Of a DNA stretch of 59,002 nucleotides, positions 9,150-19,395 are shown one piece after another (within the stretch, counting starts at the first letter, position 1; each line of letters begins with the position of its first letter). The position numbers were made by a program, and so were the translations under genes. Below the pieces are notes generated by a model that was given only the letters and a program-made list of their open reading frames with translations, did no database searches and was not told where the DNA came from. The DNA is from Thermoproteota archaeon. Its GTDB lineage: Archaea; Asgardarchaeota; Njordarchaeia; Njordarchaeales; Panguiarchaeaceae. The DNA lies in assembly GCA_024720975.1 (NCBI GenBank), contig JANJXX010000006.1, forward strand, positions 1 through 59,002. The letters are read 5' to 3'.

Positions 9150-10664
9150 TTATTTTGCCCTTACCATAAGCCTACCAATGTCATCTAATCTAGCTTCTTC
9201 TCTACTGAAAATCCCCCTGATTTCGCCCTCAGAGATGACGGCAATTCTATCGCTTAAGCTTAGAATTTCATCTAAGTCCTCTGATATTAGTAATATTGCA
9301 GCTCCTTTATTCCTCATCTCTATAAGCATCTCCCAGATGTACCTGGTTGAACTCGCGTCCAAACCTAGAGTTGGGTTGAATGCAATCAATATTGTCGGCT
9401 TACTCTCAAACTCTCTTGCAATGATGAGCTTCTGTATATTACCGCCAGACAGATATTTAGCAAGGACATCTGCACTTGGCGTCGCGATTTCATACTTTTT
9501 GATTATTTCACTAACCTGAGCCTTGATTTTACTCCAGTTTATAAGAAGACCACTTATCGCATCCTCTGAAAACCTAAACCCAAGAATCACATTTTCCATA
9601 ACGGTCATGTCTGGTATGATGCCTTGTCTTATCCTATCTTCTGGAATATAGGAGATTCCACTTTTAAGCCTCCAAATTGTTGGTTTATCCGTTATATCAA
9701 CGAATTTGCCATTTAGCTTCGCGTATATTTTACCTTTTGATGGTTGTCTAATGCCAATAATAGTCTCGACGAGCTCTTTCTGACCATTTCCAGCAACACC
9801 TGCTAATCCGAGGATTTCACCGCTATGTAAGTCAAGCGAAACTCCACGCACGCATTTATACCCATCTAGATCAACCCAAAGGTTGTCAATTCTAAACATA
9901 ACGTCCCCTGGTTTTGTTAGTCTAGGTATGCTTTCTGGCTTAATACTCTTCCCGAACATGAGTTCAGTAAGCTTGTCTGGAGTAACCTCTGAGACATCGA
10001 ATGTTCCAACAACTCTACCGTTTCTCATGACGGTTACTCTATCACCTACCTCGAATACCTCATGCATTTTATGAGTGACAAAAATAATAGCACCACCACT
10101 CCTAGCAAACTTCCTCATAAACTTAAGTAGATCGGCTTTCTCACTAGGAGAAAGGGAGGTTGTTAACTCATCGAAAATCAATATCCTCGCATGTCTAATC
10201 AGCGCTTTGAGGAGTTCAATTCTTTTCTGCTCAGATGCTGAAAGTCTATACACTGGTGCGTCAATATCAACAATAATGTGGTAGCTCTTAGTTAAACCCT
10301 CGACGAGGTCCCTAACTTTGCGCGTGGGAAGAATTATGCCAGCTTTTTTAAGTCCAATAACAACATTTTCGAGAACTGTCATTGACCTGACGAGCTTTGG
10401 CGTTTGGGGAACCAGATAAATCCCCAGCTTAAGAGCATCTTGAGGTGATTTTATTTCTACTTTTTGACCCCAAACATAAATTTCGCCGGAGTCTTTACTG
10501 TAAAGACCCGCAAGTATATTCATTAAAGTTGTCTTACCCGCGCCATTTTCTCCAAGAAGAACATGAATTTCTCCAACTCTGAGCTCAAAGCTAACATTAT
10601 CATTTGCGGTTACACCAGGGAATCTTTTTGTTATTCCAACAGCCTTAATTGCAAGATTATTCAT
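9150..10664 (-). CDS. Nucleoside/sugar ABC transporter ATP-binding protein with two NBDs (CUT2 family)
   Basis: GENGAGKT, second NBD GVAGNGQ, LSGGNIQK, ISEDLDEI. Confidence 0.95.
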   Translation of the reverse strand: MNNLAIKAVGITKRFPGVTANDNVSFELRVGEIHVLLGENGAGKTTLMNILAGLYSKDSGEIYVWGQKVEIKSPQDALKLGIYLVPQTPKLVRSMTVLENVVIGLKKAGIILPTRKVRDLVEGLTKSYHIIVDIDAPVYRLSASEQKRIELLKALIRHARILIFDELTTSLSPSEKADLLKFMRKFARSGGAIIFVTHKMHEVFEVGDRVTVMRNGRVVGTFDVSEVTPDKLTELMFGKSIKPESIPRLTKPGDVMFRIDNLWVDLDGYKCVRGVSLDLHSGEILGLAGVAGNGQKELVETIIGIRQPSKGKIYAKLNGKFVDITDKPTIWRLKSGISYIPEDRIRQGIIPDMTVMENVILGFRFSEDAISGLLINWSKIKAQVSEIIKKYEIATPSADVLAKYLSGGNIQKLIIAREFESKPTILIAFNPTLGLDASSTRYIWEMLIEMRNKGAAILLISEDLDEILSLSDRIAVISEGEIRGIFSREEARLDDIGRLMVRAK

Positions 10665-10702
10665 AATAATGACACCTAAGAAAAAAGAGGAAGAAAGATG
10701 TT

Positions 10703-12007
10703 TTATGAGGCTAGATTAATTATGTTGCTCACAAACCAATCCATTGTCCATAATTCATATCTGTTTAGTCTAAGGCCCGGTAGTACTCTCAGATTTCCTG
10801 CATTATCATAAATAGGGCCAGTGAATGGGTCAAACACTGTGCTTTCCTCCCTCATTTCCTTTAGGCGGAGCATTACTAGATTATAGATGCTTGCATACTT
10901 CTTTCCATCTTGGACTATTATAGCCTTCTCCATTCCAAAGGCTTTGAATTCAGCCTCGAGCTTTTCATCGATCTCAAAGAGCGTGGTATTGAGCTTCTTG
11001 ATGAAGTTTGGATTTATTGGCATGCCAAAGTCGGCACCAAGTTCAACAGCACCTTCTCTTAACATCCACCAGTAGTCTACTTTATCTTTTAAGTTATCCT
11101 TATTGTAGGTGCCAGTGTAAACCTTTGAAATAATATCCTCATATATCACCTCCCAGTGGACTAGCTGGCCACTCACAGTAACGTTTGGTCCGTAGGTATA
11201 CATCGGGGAGTAGTGGCTAAATGTATATACAGGATTTCCAGCATCAAACTGCTCTTGACAGAATTGAACTATTGCATATGAGTCCTCTGTGAAAGCAATA
11301 ACATCGACGCCATAGTTTGATACCAACTGGCTGGCTAGACTTCTAGCGACGTCCGGGTTATACCATGAACCTATCTTCGTGACATAAATCGTTATACTCT
11401 TATTCAGATACTTTGCTGCCTCAAGAGCACCTAAAGCAAATGCGTTGATATGTCTAACTACCTCAGGAATGTAGTGCGCTGCTACATATCCTATTTTACC
11501 ACTGGTTGTAAGAGCACCAGCCATAAGTCCGTTCAGATAATACAGCTGATAGAATTCAGCGAAGTAAAAGCCAAGGTTTGTTGGCTGAGCACCGGGAAGG
11601 TAAATATCCCATCCAGAGCAATGGAAGAAGAGGACGTTAGGATTCTGTAAAGCAGCTGTATAGGATGGTTCTAAGAACTCAAAACTAGTGGCAAAGATTA
11701 TTGTATATCCCTTTTCTATGAGTAGATTGACGCAGGCAGAGAAATCTGCTGCGGTAACGCTCTCAACATATGTTGTATCGAGCCAGCTAGAGAATTTTCC
11801 AGCCACGTACAATCTCCCATAATTGTGGGCGTATGTCCAACCAATGTCTCCTATGGGACCAACATAGATCCATGCAGCCTTAAGCTTCGTAGGCGCTGCC
11901 CCTGCAGGTCCTCCACCAAGCGCAAAATACATAGCTGCAGCTCCAGCAGCGGCTGATAATATGGCTACTATGATGATAGATATGAGGAAGCGAGATTTCT
12001 CCTCCAT
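10703..12007 (-). CDS. BMP family purine-nucleoside-binding protein with N-terminal membrane anchor
   Basis: IYVGPIGDIGWTYAH, IPEVVRHINAFALG and FDPFTGPIYDN motifs; hydrophobic N-terminus after MEEKSRF (track start 12058). Confidence 0.92.
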   Translation of the reverse strand: MEEKSRFLISIIIVAILSAAAGAAAMYFALGGGPAGAAPTKLKAAWIYVGPIGDIGWTYAHNYGRLYVAGKFSSWLDTTYVESVTAADFSACVNLLIEKGYTIIFATSFEFLEPSYTAALQNPNVLFFHCSGWDIYLPGAQPTNLGFYFAEFYQLYYLNGLMAGALTTSGKIGYVAAHYIPEVVRHINAFALGALEAAKYLNKSITIYVTKIGSWYNPDVARSLASQLVSNYGVDVIAFTEDSYAIVQFCQEQFDAGNPVYTFSHYSPMYTYGPNVTVSGQLVHWEVIYEDIISKVYTGTYNKDNLKDKVDYWWMLREGAVELGADFGMPINPNFIKKLNTTLFEIDEKLEAEFKAFGMEKAIIVQDGKKYASIYNLVMLRLKEMREESTVFDPFTGPIYDNAGNLRVLPGLRLNRYELWTMDWFVSNIINLAS

Positions 12008-12681
12008 AAGGACACCAATTCTTCTAATATTACGATTAAGAACTTCAGCCCTATTCAATCCAGGACTATCGTAAGACTGTGGATAAGCAACCGATTTACA
12101 GAATTCAATTATTTGAGAAGCTTGCTTTTGTTTATTGTTTTAAAAGGATAGCGTTTACTACCACCAAATATAGTGCGTCTTGAATCTTCTTTTGAAGTCA
12201 TTAGTAGAACTCGACAGGTATATTAATAAATTGTATATACAGCATCCAGCCCACACTGATTTGGACCAAACATGAATCTTAACTGATATTTTATTAAGGT
12301 TTTGCGTCTGTTAATACACGTATCAGATTGTAAATTTTTCAAACTCTTTTTAGGATAGAACTACTTTATATCCACTGTAAAAAGTGTGAAAGATTGCATC
12401 ATGAAAAACTTGTTTTGCCTTATAAATTAGCCATCGTGGCCATTTAGCTACTATTGTTTTCCCAGACGTGGTTTCTTCCTTAGTGCCTCTAGTAATCATA
12501 AGATTTTTCCCATTAGACTTACGTGTTAAGAGTTTGATAATTGGTGTTCCGTGGAGATGTCCTGGATGTTGAGTATCGCTCCAACTTCTACGTTTTGGTA
12601 GTTGAGGTAGTCGAAAAAATTTTACTAAGAAGATAGCTTGAAAAAACAGAAAGAAGAAAGATACCGATAAAAATATGTGGC

Positions 12682-13800
12682 TTACAAGATCTCTATTCCC
12701 AATAGTATTCTAGCTAGAGTCGCCACTCCATATGCTGCCATTGCTGCTCCTATCACTATTAAAACGTTCAATGTCGCTTTTCTTAGTATTTTCTCTCCGC
12801 TTAGGATTGCTGTGAATATTCCAGCTATGAATGTAATTATGCTGGATATGCCTATGGCAATGATTGTAATTATAGGCACAGATATATTGAATATTCCGCC
12901 TATGAAGAACGGTATTATTGCTGGTAGAGCTCCCAGAATATAATATATTCCGGTGATTTTTGCCACACTAACTGGGTTCGGAGGACTTTCCTCGGTTATT
13001 ATAGCCTCTGCGAATTTGCTCAGAGCTTCCACATTATTTCCGATGCTATCTACAACTACTTTAGCAGACTCTTCCTCTATTCCGCGCTCTAATAAGGTGC
13101 TTTTAAGATGCGTGCTAAGAGTTTCTGGCATTAGATTCTTCTTTATGTTTACCTCCATTAGCTTCCATTTGAGGACATCCCGTTCACTTTTAGCGGATAG
13201 ATATGCTCCTGCTGTCATGGAAAACGAGCCACCAATGGATGCTATCAGCCCAATAAGGCCAACGACAATGGGATCTGCGATTATACCAGCACTACCTATT
13301 ACCAACGCTAATATTTCGACTAGGGAATCAGTCATTCCATATATTGCATCCTTTATTGTAGCAACGTAACTGCTCTTAGCGGTTAGCAAATTGGCTAGAT
13401 CGAATTCGTGCTCTATTTCGTCATAGATTATTTGCTTGACCTTGGAGTATAGCTCTGGAAAATCCTTGAATTTTTCGAGAGCCTTAGAATATGCTATAAT
13501 TGCACTTCGTTCCTCGAGGTAATTCATCACGAACGTTAGAGGCATTATCCTAGCTAAAATTTTTCGAAACAATATCTTCAACCGTAGCCGTAGGGGTATT
13601 CTAAATTTCATCCCAAAACTTTCTGCTATGCCCTCCAAAATCTTTGCATGACTTTTCTCCATATTGGATATCACTAAGAAGTGCTTTTTCCTCTCACCTT
13701 TTGCTGTCTTTGAAAGCGCTGAGTATACTTCACTAGCGACTACTTCACCTTCCCAGAATATTTTTAGCATCTTAAGATCTTCTTTTATAATTGCGCTCAT
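12682..13800 (-). CDS. Erythrin (rubrerythrin-like di-iron) domain fused to a VIT1/CCC1 membrane domain (MbfA-like iron transporter)
   Basis: N-terminal E..H motifs (EKSH, DEIEHE) followed by VIT1 motifs DAIYGMTDSLVE and SMTAGAYLSAKSE. Confidence 0.85.
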   Translation of the reverse strand: MSAIIKEDLKMLKIFWEGEVVASEVYSALSKTAKGERKKHFLVISNMEKSHAKILEGIAESFGMKFRIPLRLRLKILFRKILARIMPLTFVMNYLEERSAIIAYSKALEKFKDFPELYSKVKQIIYDEIEHEFDLANLLTAKSSYVATIKDAIYGMTDSLVEILALVIGSAGIIADPIVVGLIGLIASIGGSFSMTAGAYLSAKSERDVLKWKLMEVNIKKNLMPETLSTHLKSTLLERGIEEESAKVVVDSIGNNVEALSKFAEAIITEESPPNPVSVAKITGIYYILGALPAIIPFFIGGIFNISVPIITIIAIGISSIITFIAGIFTAILSGEKILRKATLNVLIVIGAAMAAYGVATLARILLGIEIL

Positions 13801-14984
13801 ACTTCTCCAACTTCTCTAATTATATTGTTTACCAATTCATCAGCCTTTCCTTTAACCTCAGCTGTAGTTCTACCTTGAAACTCAACTATTGGTTCTATCA
13901 ATTTCCACCCGAGTTCGGCCAGGATTTCCTGGATTTTCTTGTATCCTTTACCAGACCAGCCAAAAGATCCAAAGATGGCATACTTTTTATCCTTTATCAG
14001 CTTGCTCCTTATATAGATCACATGTGTTAGTATCGGAAGAAATGCATCATTATCATATGTCGGACTGCCGATAATAACAACTTTAGAGTCCCAAATCGAG
14101 GATATTGTAAAGCTTGGATGTTCTGTGACTCCATTAAAAACTTCAACTTCGAAACCTTTTTCAGCAAGCCTGCTTGCTATGTACATGGCTAACTCTTCGG
14201 TAAAACCGTACATTGTTCCATATATTATGGTGATTTTGTCTCTTGAAACTCTGCTAGCCAAATTCCTATACAAATTCATTATTGAGTCAATGTATTCTTT
14301 CCATACGGGTCCATGCGCTGGTGCAATAATTTCTATCTTAATGTTCTTTAAGCCCTCCAGAGCCCTTGCAGCGCTCTCTGCATACTTACCGATGATATTT
14401 ACAAAGTATCTTTTAGCCTCTTCTATATAAAATGCCAAATCTAACTCGCTATCAAACACGCATCCACGCAGAGAACCAAATGTACCAAATACATCGCTGC
14501 TAAACAGAATCTTGTTATTAGTTTCGTAGGTGATCATACTATCCGGCCAATGAACCCCCGGAATCGTAATGAATTTCAACTCAGTTTTTCCCAGCTTTAA
14601 AGAATCTCCAGATCCTACACTTGTGACTCTTTCGCTAATGTTATAGAAGCTCCTTATCAGATTTACACCAAATTTTGATGCTATAATTTTTGCTTTTGTG
14701 AGGCGATAGAGAAGGGGGAGAGTGCCGGAGTGATCAGGTTCATTATGATTAACTATGATATAATCTATCTCTGGAAGGGAAACAGCAGTCTCAAGCTCAT
14801 CAAGGTATTTTGCCGCGAGCTCTTTCTTAACACCTGGTTCTATAAGTGCTACTTCATTGTCCTCTATTAGATAAGTGTTGTAGCTTACACCATATGGTAG
14901 AGGCCATATTCCCTCAAAGAACTCGGTTATGTTGTCATCTAGACCTACATAATAAACATTTTCAGCTATCTTCCTAACAACCAT
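13797..14984 (-). CDS. fprA: Flavodiiron protein (A-type flavoprotein; O2/NO reductase)
   Basis: GVSYNTY, HNEPDH, HWPDSM, SDVFG and PAHGP motifs, then a flavodoxin domain (TMYGFT, GSPTY, FGSFGWSG). Confidence 0.95.
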   Translation of the reverse strand: MVVRKIAENVYYVGLDDNITEFFEGIWPLPYGVSYNTYLIEDNEVALIEPGVKKELAAKYLDELETAVSLPEIDYIIVNHNEPDHSGTLPLLYRLTKAKIIASKFGVNLIRSFYNISERVTSVGSGDSLKLGKTELKFITIPGVHWPDSMITYETNNKILFSSDVFGTFGSLRGCVFDSELDLAFYIEEAKRYFVNIIGKYAESAARALEGLKNIKIEIIAPAHGPVWKEYIDSIMNLYRNLASRVSRDKITIIYGTMYGFTEELAMYIASRLAEKGFEVEVFNGVTEHPSFTISSIWDSKVVIIGSPTYDNDAFLPILTHVIYIRSKLIKDKKYAIFGSFGWSGKGYKKIQEILAELGWKLIEPIVEFQGRTTAEVKGKADELVNNIIREVGEV

Positions 14985-15055
14985 AATACCTCCCCCTGAG
15001 AATAAGTTATTAAATCAATATATAGAAGTGGAGACTGATGCCAAGGTGATCGAAC

Positions 15056-15523
15056 TTGATATTTAGCGGCAAGTTTGTTGCTAAGTTTGTTGAGCCGTGC
15101 AAAGATGAGCAGATACAACCCAATGGTGTGGATCTGACTGTAAAAGAAGTATACGTCTTTAAGTCAAAGGTAGAGTTCTCTGGAAAAATTGAGGCGTTGC
15201 CAGTAGAGGAGATAACCCCAGATGACAAAGATTTTTGGGATCTGAATCCTGGGGCATACATGGTCAGGTATGGAGAAGTTATTAGGGTTCCTAGGGGGGC
15301 AATAGGTCTCGTTCTGCCTAGGTCATCATTATTACGAGTGGGGTGCACATTATTCACAGCTGTGTGGGACTCAGGTTATGAAGGTAGAGGTATAGGACTG
15401 TTGGTTGTGTTTAATCCTAATGGAATAAAATTGAAGAGAGGATCACGCATAGGACAGCTAATATTCATCAAAGCAGAAGAACAAGACATTTATAAAGGAC
15501 AGTGGCAGCGTGAAGGATTATAG
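15056..15523 (+). CDS. dut: Archaeal trimeric dUTPase (dCTP deaminase/dUTPase fold)
   Basis: QIQPNGVDLT, RSSLLR, AVWDSGYEGR, RIGQL and C-terminal YKGQWQ motifs; 155 aa. Confidence 0.85.
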   Translation: MIFSGKFVAKFVEPCKDEQIQPNGVDLTVKEVYVFKSKVEFSGKIEALPVEEITPDDKDFWDLNPGAYMVRYGEVIRVPRGAIGLVLPRSSLLRVGCTLFTAVWDSGYEGRGIGLLVVFNPNGIKLKRGSRIGQLIFIKAEEQDIYKGQWQREGL

Positions 15524-15710
15524 CGTTGCGATTGTTGCCAAATCCAATACATCACAGTTTGTTCATATGACTTCAACTATGTTTTGCACAGAAGTGGAGA
15601 GTATTAGATTGATTCCTTAAAGCTTTGCCTAGCCAGACAAGCTACCGAGCCACTATTAACGTGTAGAGAGGTTATTGTCCGAGAAGGCACTAGAAAAAAT
15701 TAAGGCTACG

Positions 15711-16022
15711 CTACTGAGACTGTATTTTGACTAGTTTTTCGATAATTAGTTCCGGTTGAACACCATACTCCTTTATACATGCTAAAATGCGTTCAGCAAG
15801 ATCGTCTGCAGTCTTAAGTATTTTTGAGCCAGCGAGTATAGCTCTGCCATTGTTCTTCACCCACATCCTCTTGGGTAAGGGGCGCATTTTGAATTTTAGT
15901 GACATAACTCTTCTCATAAGCTCAGCGAATGACTCTGAATCAAAACGCTCGGCGAGGACTTTATATTCCTCCGGGAGCTTAGAATACAGTAGCGCCATAA
16001 AATCATTCATGTAGATCACCAA
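15711..16022 (-). CDS. Hypothetical protein
   Basis: 103-aa ORF with a GGTGA SD near MNDF; no motif recognised. Confidence 0.6.
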   Translation of the reverse strand: MVIYMNDFMALLYSKLPEEYKVLAERFDSESFAELMRRVMSLKFKMRPLPKRMWVKNNGRAILAGSKILKTADDLAERILACIKEYGVQPELIIEKLVKIQSQ

Positions 16023-16132
16023 GTATAACTTTCAGCTATTATATAAGATTCATGGTAATATCTAAGTATCATAACCAAATAATGTATTTAAAAGAAATGT
16101 ATATTTAGCTTTTAATTAGAAGTATGGACATG

Positions 16133-17179
16133 CTACTGTGATATATTCTCCACATCAGAGTATATCTCAGCGCTAATCTTCTCATTAGTTCCTCGAGATC
16201 CTTCTAGAGTTTCTATTCTCATGAGAGCTGTTCTATACCAACCCTCTGGAGGCTTCTGCCTAGTGGGTAGCATATTCCATATTTTCATGCTTTCTAGATA
16301 TTCCCAGTTCTGATATACGTTGAAGTCCCTTATTATGTCTGTTATTACCACCTGAAACTCCACCGTTAGAATTCTTTGGACTTCCTGCCACTTATATATC
16401 GAGGAGTCTATGAGCGAGAGAGATACGTAACCTGCACCTCTGGTAGTTAGGGCAGCTATGCCTCTTCCGACGAATAACCTTATCGCTTCAATTGGTTCTG
16501 GTGGATCTGCGTGGAAGGTGTCGTAGCTATGCAGCATGTTTTCAGGTAGTGGATCTGTTATATCTCTAATATCAACGTCTATGTCGAGTCCATACTCTCT
16601 GGAAACTTTAGAAATGTATTTAGCTAGGCGCTCGTCAACTTCGATAACAGTTATCTTTTTTGCTTTTCCGAGTAATCCGATAGCTATTGATATTAGGTCA
16701 TCGTCCCCTATGAGCAGAATTCTTCTCCCTTTTATGTCACCGTAATGATCCATTATTGCCACTCTTGCGAATGCTGTCTCGCATGTAACGAATGCTTGGT
16801 CGTACTTCTGTAGGGGTCTAGGTCTACTTGCTGCTATCTTAGTATATTCCCTTATCGCATCTGGAGGCATATGGCTTGTAATAATGCCTCTGCCACTGCA
16901 AACTTTGCATGTATGATCATTTTCTTCATATCCCTCATCCTTAAGAATTTTAAGCCCAAGGTCGCAGGGTTTTATATCGCCATCAGTATATTCAATTAAG
17001 CCCCAGTTAGCCAGGATAGGAATAGCTTTGGAGACTAATACAAGAGGTTCGCGTGACAGTGTGGAAATCATCCAGATATTATTGGACTTTCTTATGGCGC
17101 TAAGGATTTTGAGTACACTTCTTGTATCGCACTTTATCCCAGAGTGCTTAGTAATCTCGTTGGCAATTTTATCTATCAC
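16133..17179 (-). CDS. bpsA: N4-bis(aminopropyl)spermidine synthase (branched-chain polyamine synthase)
   Basis: CxxCxGRG, RP.P...YDQAFVT, GDDDL.SIA, DPPE and FNVY.NWEY motifs. A GTG start at 17179 after GGTGG gives 348 aa and removes the overlap with the radical SAM gene. Confidence 0.92.
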   Translation of the reverse strand: MIDKIANEITKHSGIKCDTRSVLKILSAIRKSNNIWMISTLSREPLVLVSKAIPILANWGLIEYTDGDIKPCDLGLKILKDEGYEENDHTCKVCSGRGIITSHMPPDAIREYTKIAASRPRPLQKYDQAFVTCETAFARVAIMDHYGDIKGRRILLIGDDDLISIAIGLLGKAKKITVIEVDERLAKYISKVSREYGLDIDVDIRDITDPLPENMLHSYDTFHADPPEPIEAIRLFVGRGIAALTTRGAGYVSLSLIDSSIYKWQEVQRILTVEFQVVITDIIRDFNVYQNWEYLESMKIWNMLPTRQKPPEGWYRTALMRIETLEGSRGTNEKISAEIYSDVENISQ

Positions 17180-17297
17180 CAATCCCACCCGCGGGAGGTG
17201 GCTAGTCAGGATTACCAAGAATAGAACTTTGTTAGCATGAATTTTTAATAATAGACGCAAATTTATAACTGAAAGCTCGTCCTTTAGGAAGAGAAGG

Positions 17298-18233
17298 TCA
17301 GATAAGGAATAGCGTCTCCCCATCATAACGTATTGCTCTAATTTGTCCTCTATTGAGCAGCGATCGAAGCACTTCATGTGGTTTATCATACTCTGTCCTT
17401 AATAATACCTCGCATTGCTCGCGCCTGAGCGGGTGAACGCTTAGCAATGAAAGGAGTATGTCGATAGCATTTCCCCCTAGCACAGCGAAACTCTCTATTA
17501 TATCTGGTTTATCTGACACAATTATGTTACTTCCTTTAAGTTCTGAGAGCAATATGCTTTGTGATAGTTCAAAATCACTACGAGTTGGTTTTTGGACCCA
17601 CTTCTCAAAGGTATATGGAGGCGAAATGAACACAGCAGAGGGATTCAGCGATTTTAGAAAACTCCCGAGCGCATGTAATTCATCCTCTGATGTATTAACA
17701 TTCTTAATTAGCACGGTTTCTACCATAATAGTTCCACCAAATGATTTCGAAAAGTCCCTTATGCCCTGGAGAACGGCATCAAAGAGCAAATCTTTGCAAG
17801 GTCTATTGATTAGCTTCCAGGTGTCCTCAACAACCGTATCGACTCTTAGGATGAGAAAATCGAGAGCTAGAAGGTCATTAATAACGTCCCGTCTCCACAG
17901 AAGGGAGGGATTAATCACAGCACCAACAGGCTTTCCAAATACTGCCCTAAGAGCTTCAGCTAGGTGTCTTATGTTCGAATCAAGTACCGGTTCGCCACTA
18001 GCAAAGAAGATGATTTTATCGGCCTCACTAGCAGGCAAGATCCTTTTAGCCTCCTCAAGAACTTTCTTAGGATCGCTGTAAGGTCTTCTCTCTATGCTAA
18101 TTCTTTTAGGTCCACCGAATCGACAGTAAACACATGCATATGGGCAAACATTGACGGGCACGTTATTTATGCCTATAGTGCTCCCGGCAATGTATTTAAA
18201 TAGGACGGGGCCATAGACATATCTTGGAGACAC
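17298..18233 (-). CDS. Radical SAM Fe-S protein (COG0731, TYW1-related stand-alone type)
   Basis: CPYACVYC cluster motif; YVYGPV N-terminus; SGEP; ETVLIKNVN; C-terminal VHPLR. Confidence 0.85.
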   Translation of the reverse strand: MSPRYVYGPVLFKYIAGSTIGINNVPVNVCPYACVYCRFGGPKRISIERRPYSDPKKVLEEAKRILPASEADKIIFFASGEPVLDSNIRHLAEALRAVFGKPVGAVINPSLLWRRDVINDLLALDFLILRVDTVVEDTWKLINRPCKDLLFDAVLQGIRDFSKSFGGTIMVETVLIKNVNTSEDELHALGSFLKSLNPSAVFISPPYTFEKWVQKPTRSDFELSQSILLSELKGSNIIVSDKPDIIESFAVLGGNAIDILLSLLSVHPLRREQCEVLLRTEYDKPHEVLRSLLNRGQIRAIRYDGETLFLI

Positions 18234-18361
18234 TTTTCCTCCTCAGTAATTCTTTCTTTTTTAATAAGACCGGGTTATACCCAAGAACAAGATATAATTG
18301 AAATAAAAAATATATGTTTTGTGGTTGAGTAATATTTAGGACAAAAAAGAGGAGATAGTGC

Positions 18362-19210
18362 CTATAGAGCGTATTCTGTTACTACATGATATACTAGGAA
18401 GATTAGCAGTACACTGAAGAACAATGTAGGACCAGTAATAACTTGTAGAATCAAGTAATTGAATGCTGTGAGCACATCAAGGAGACTTATGCTTCCTGGA
18501 GCAATAATTGTCGACGTGTAGGTCCTCAGCAGTGTTTCCCAGACAAATCCTAAGATCCATGTAAACACTAGGAGCAGCTTTATTGCTCTTCCGGTTTGCG
18601 CGACTAGTTTGGTCTGTGAACCCTCTTTCTTTATGAATCCAATGATAGCATCAAGTATCAGGAGTATTGCTAGGAATAAACCAAAGACTCCTCCGAGCAG
18701 TAGAGTTTGCGGAATGAGATAGTTGTAGAACAGTAGATTTCCAACCGATGCTTCGAATTTGAGGGCTTTAACCCACAGGAATATTGCTATCAGGTAGAAG
18801 ATTCCTATAATGAACTCAAAGGTTTTCTTTGCTGCTTCAGCCAGTTTTTCTTCGCTTATGAAATAGTACACTAATATTATTCCAAGGAGTAGATATAAGG
18901 CTGCTGCTCCGAAGTACATGCTTGTGTCTAGGTTAAATTTGGCGGCATCTACTAGTAGTAGAGAGAGCGCTGTTATGAATATCGACCCTCCAAACAATAT
19001 CTTTGCTGTCTTTTCCTCTTTTATGGTATATGTTATAATTGCTAGTATTAGACCGATAAATCCTAGGTAATAGAGAATCTTGGCAATGTCATAGCCGTAG
19101 ACTAAATCCGTAGCTCTCGCGACAGATATATACGCTAGGGCTGCAATCAATGCGGCAAAACCGCCGAGATATCTAGATATATCTTTTATCCCGACTTCCT
19201 CTTTGGACAA
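18362..19210 (-). CDS. Hypothetical integral membrane protein (about 8 TM helices)
   Basis: Alternating hydrophobic segments along the whole ORF; no family motif recognised. Confidence 0.75.
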   Translation of the reverse strand: MSKEEVGIKDISRYLGGFAALIAALAYISVARATDLVYGYDIAKILYYLGFIGLILAIITYTIKEEKTAKILFGGSIFITALSLLLVDAAKFNLDTSMYFGAAALYLLLGIILVYYFISEEKLAEAAKKTFEFIIGIFYLIAIFLWVKALKFEASVGNLLFYNYLIPQTLLLGGVFGLFLAILLILDAIIGFIKKEGSQTKLVAQTGRAIKLLLVFTWILGFVWETLLRTYTSTIIAPGSISLLDVLTAFNYLILQVITGPTLFFSVLLIFLVYHVVTEYAL

Positions 19211-19395
19211 GATTTTCGCCTAGTTTTGGTCGGAGATTAAAGCGACTGGAAAGGTAGAAAATATCGAACTTTCTATTTCAAGTATCTATATTCCTAAATT
19301 TAAGCGAGAATATATATCTCTTGGGATTTAAAAAATCAATTGGACATCGTGTTGTTTTCAGTCTCATTTGACTTAAGTTATTAGCTTAAGTTACA

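Noticed and set aside
12420-12615. Minus-strand stretch reading NVEVGAILNI, vaguely like a TnpB C-terminus
   Set aside because: No zinc finger, no open frame and no recognisable end structure; may be decayed debris but cannot be supported.
17180-17389. 70-aa N-terminal extension of BpsA in the ORF track
   Set aside because: It overlaps the radical SAM gene; the SD-preceded GTG at 17179 gives a normal-sized protein.
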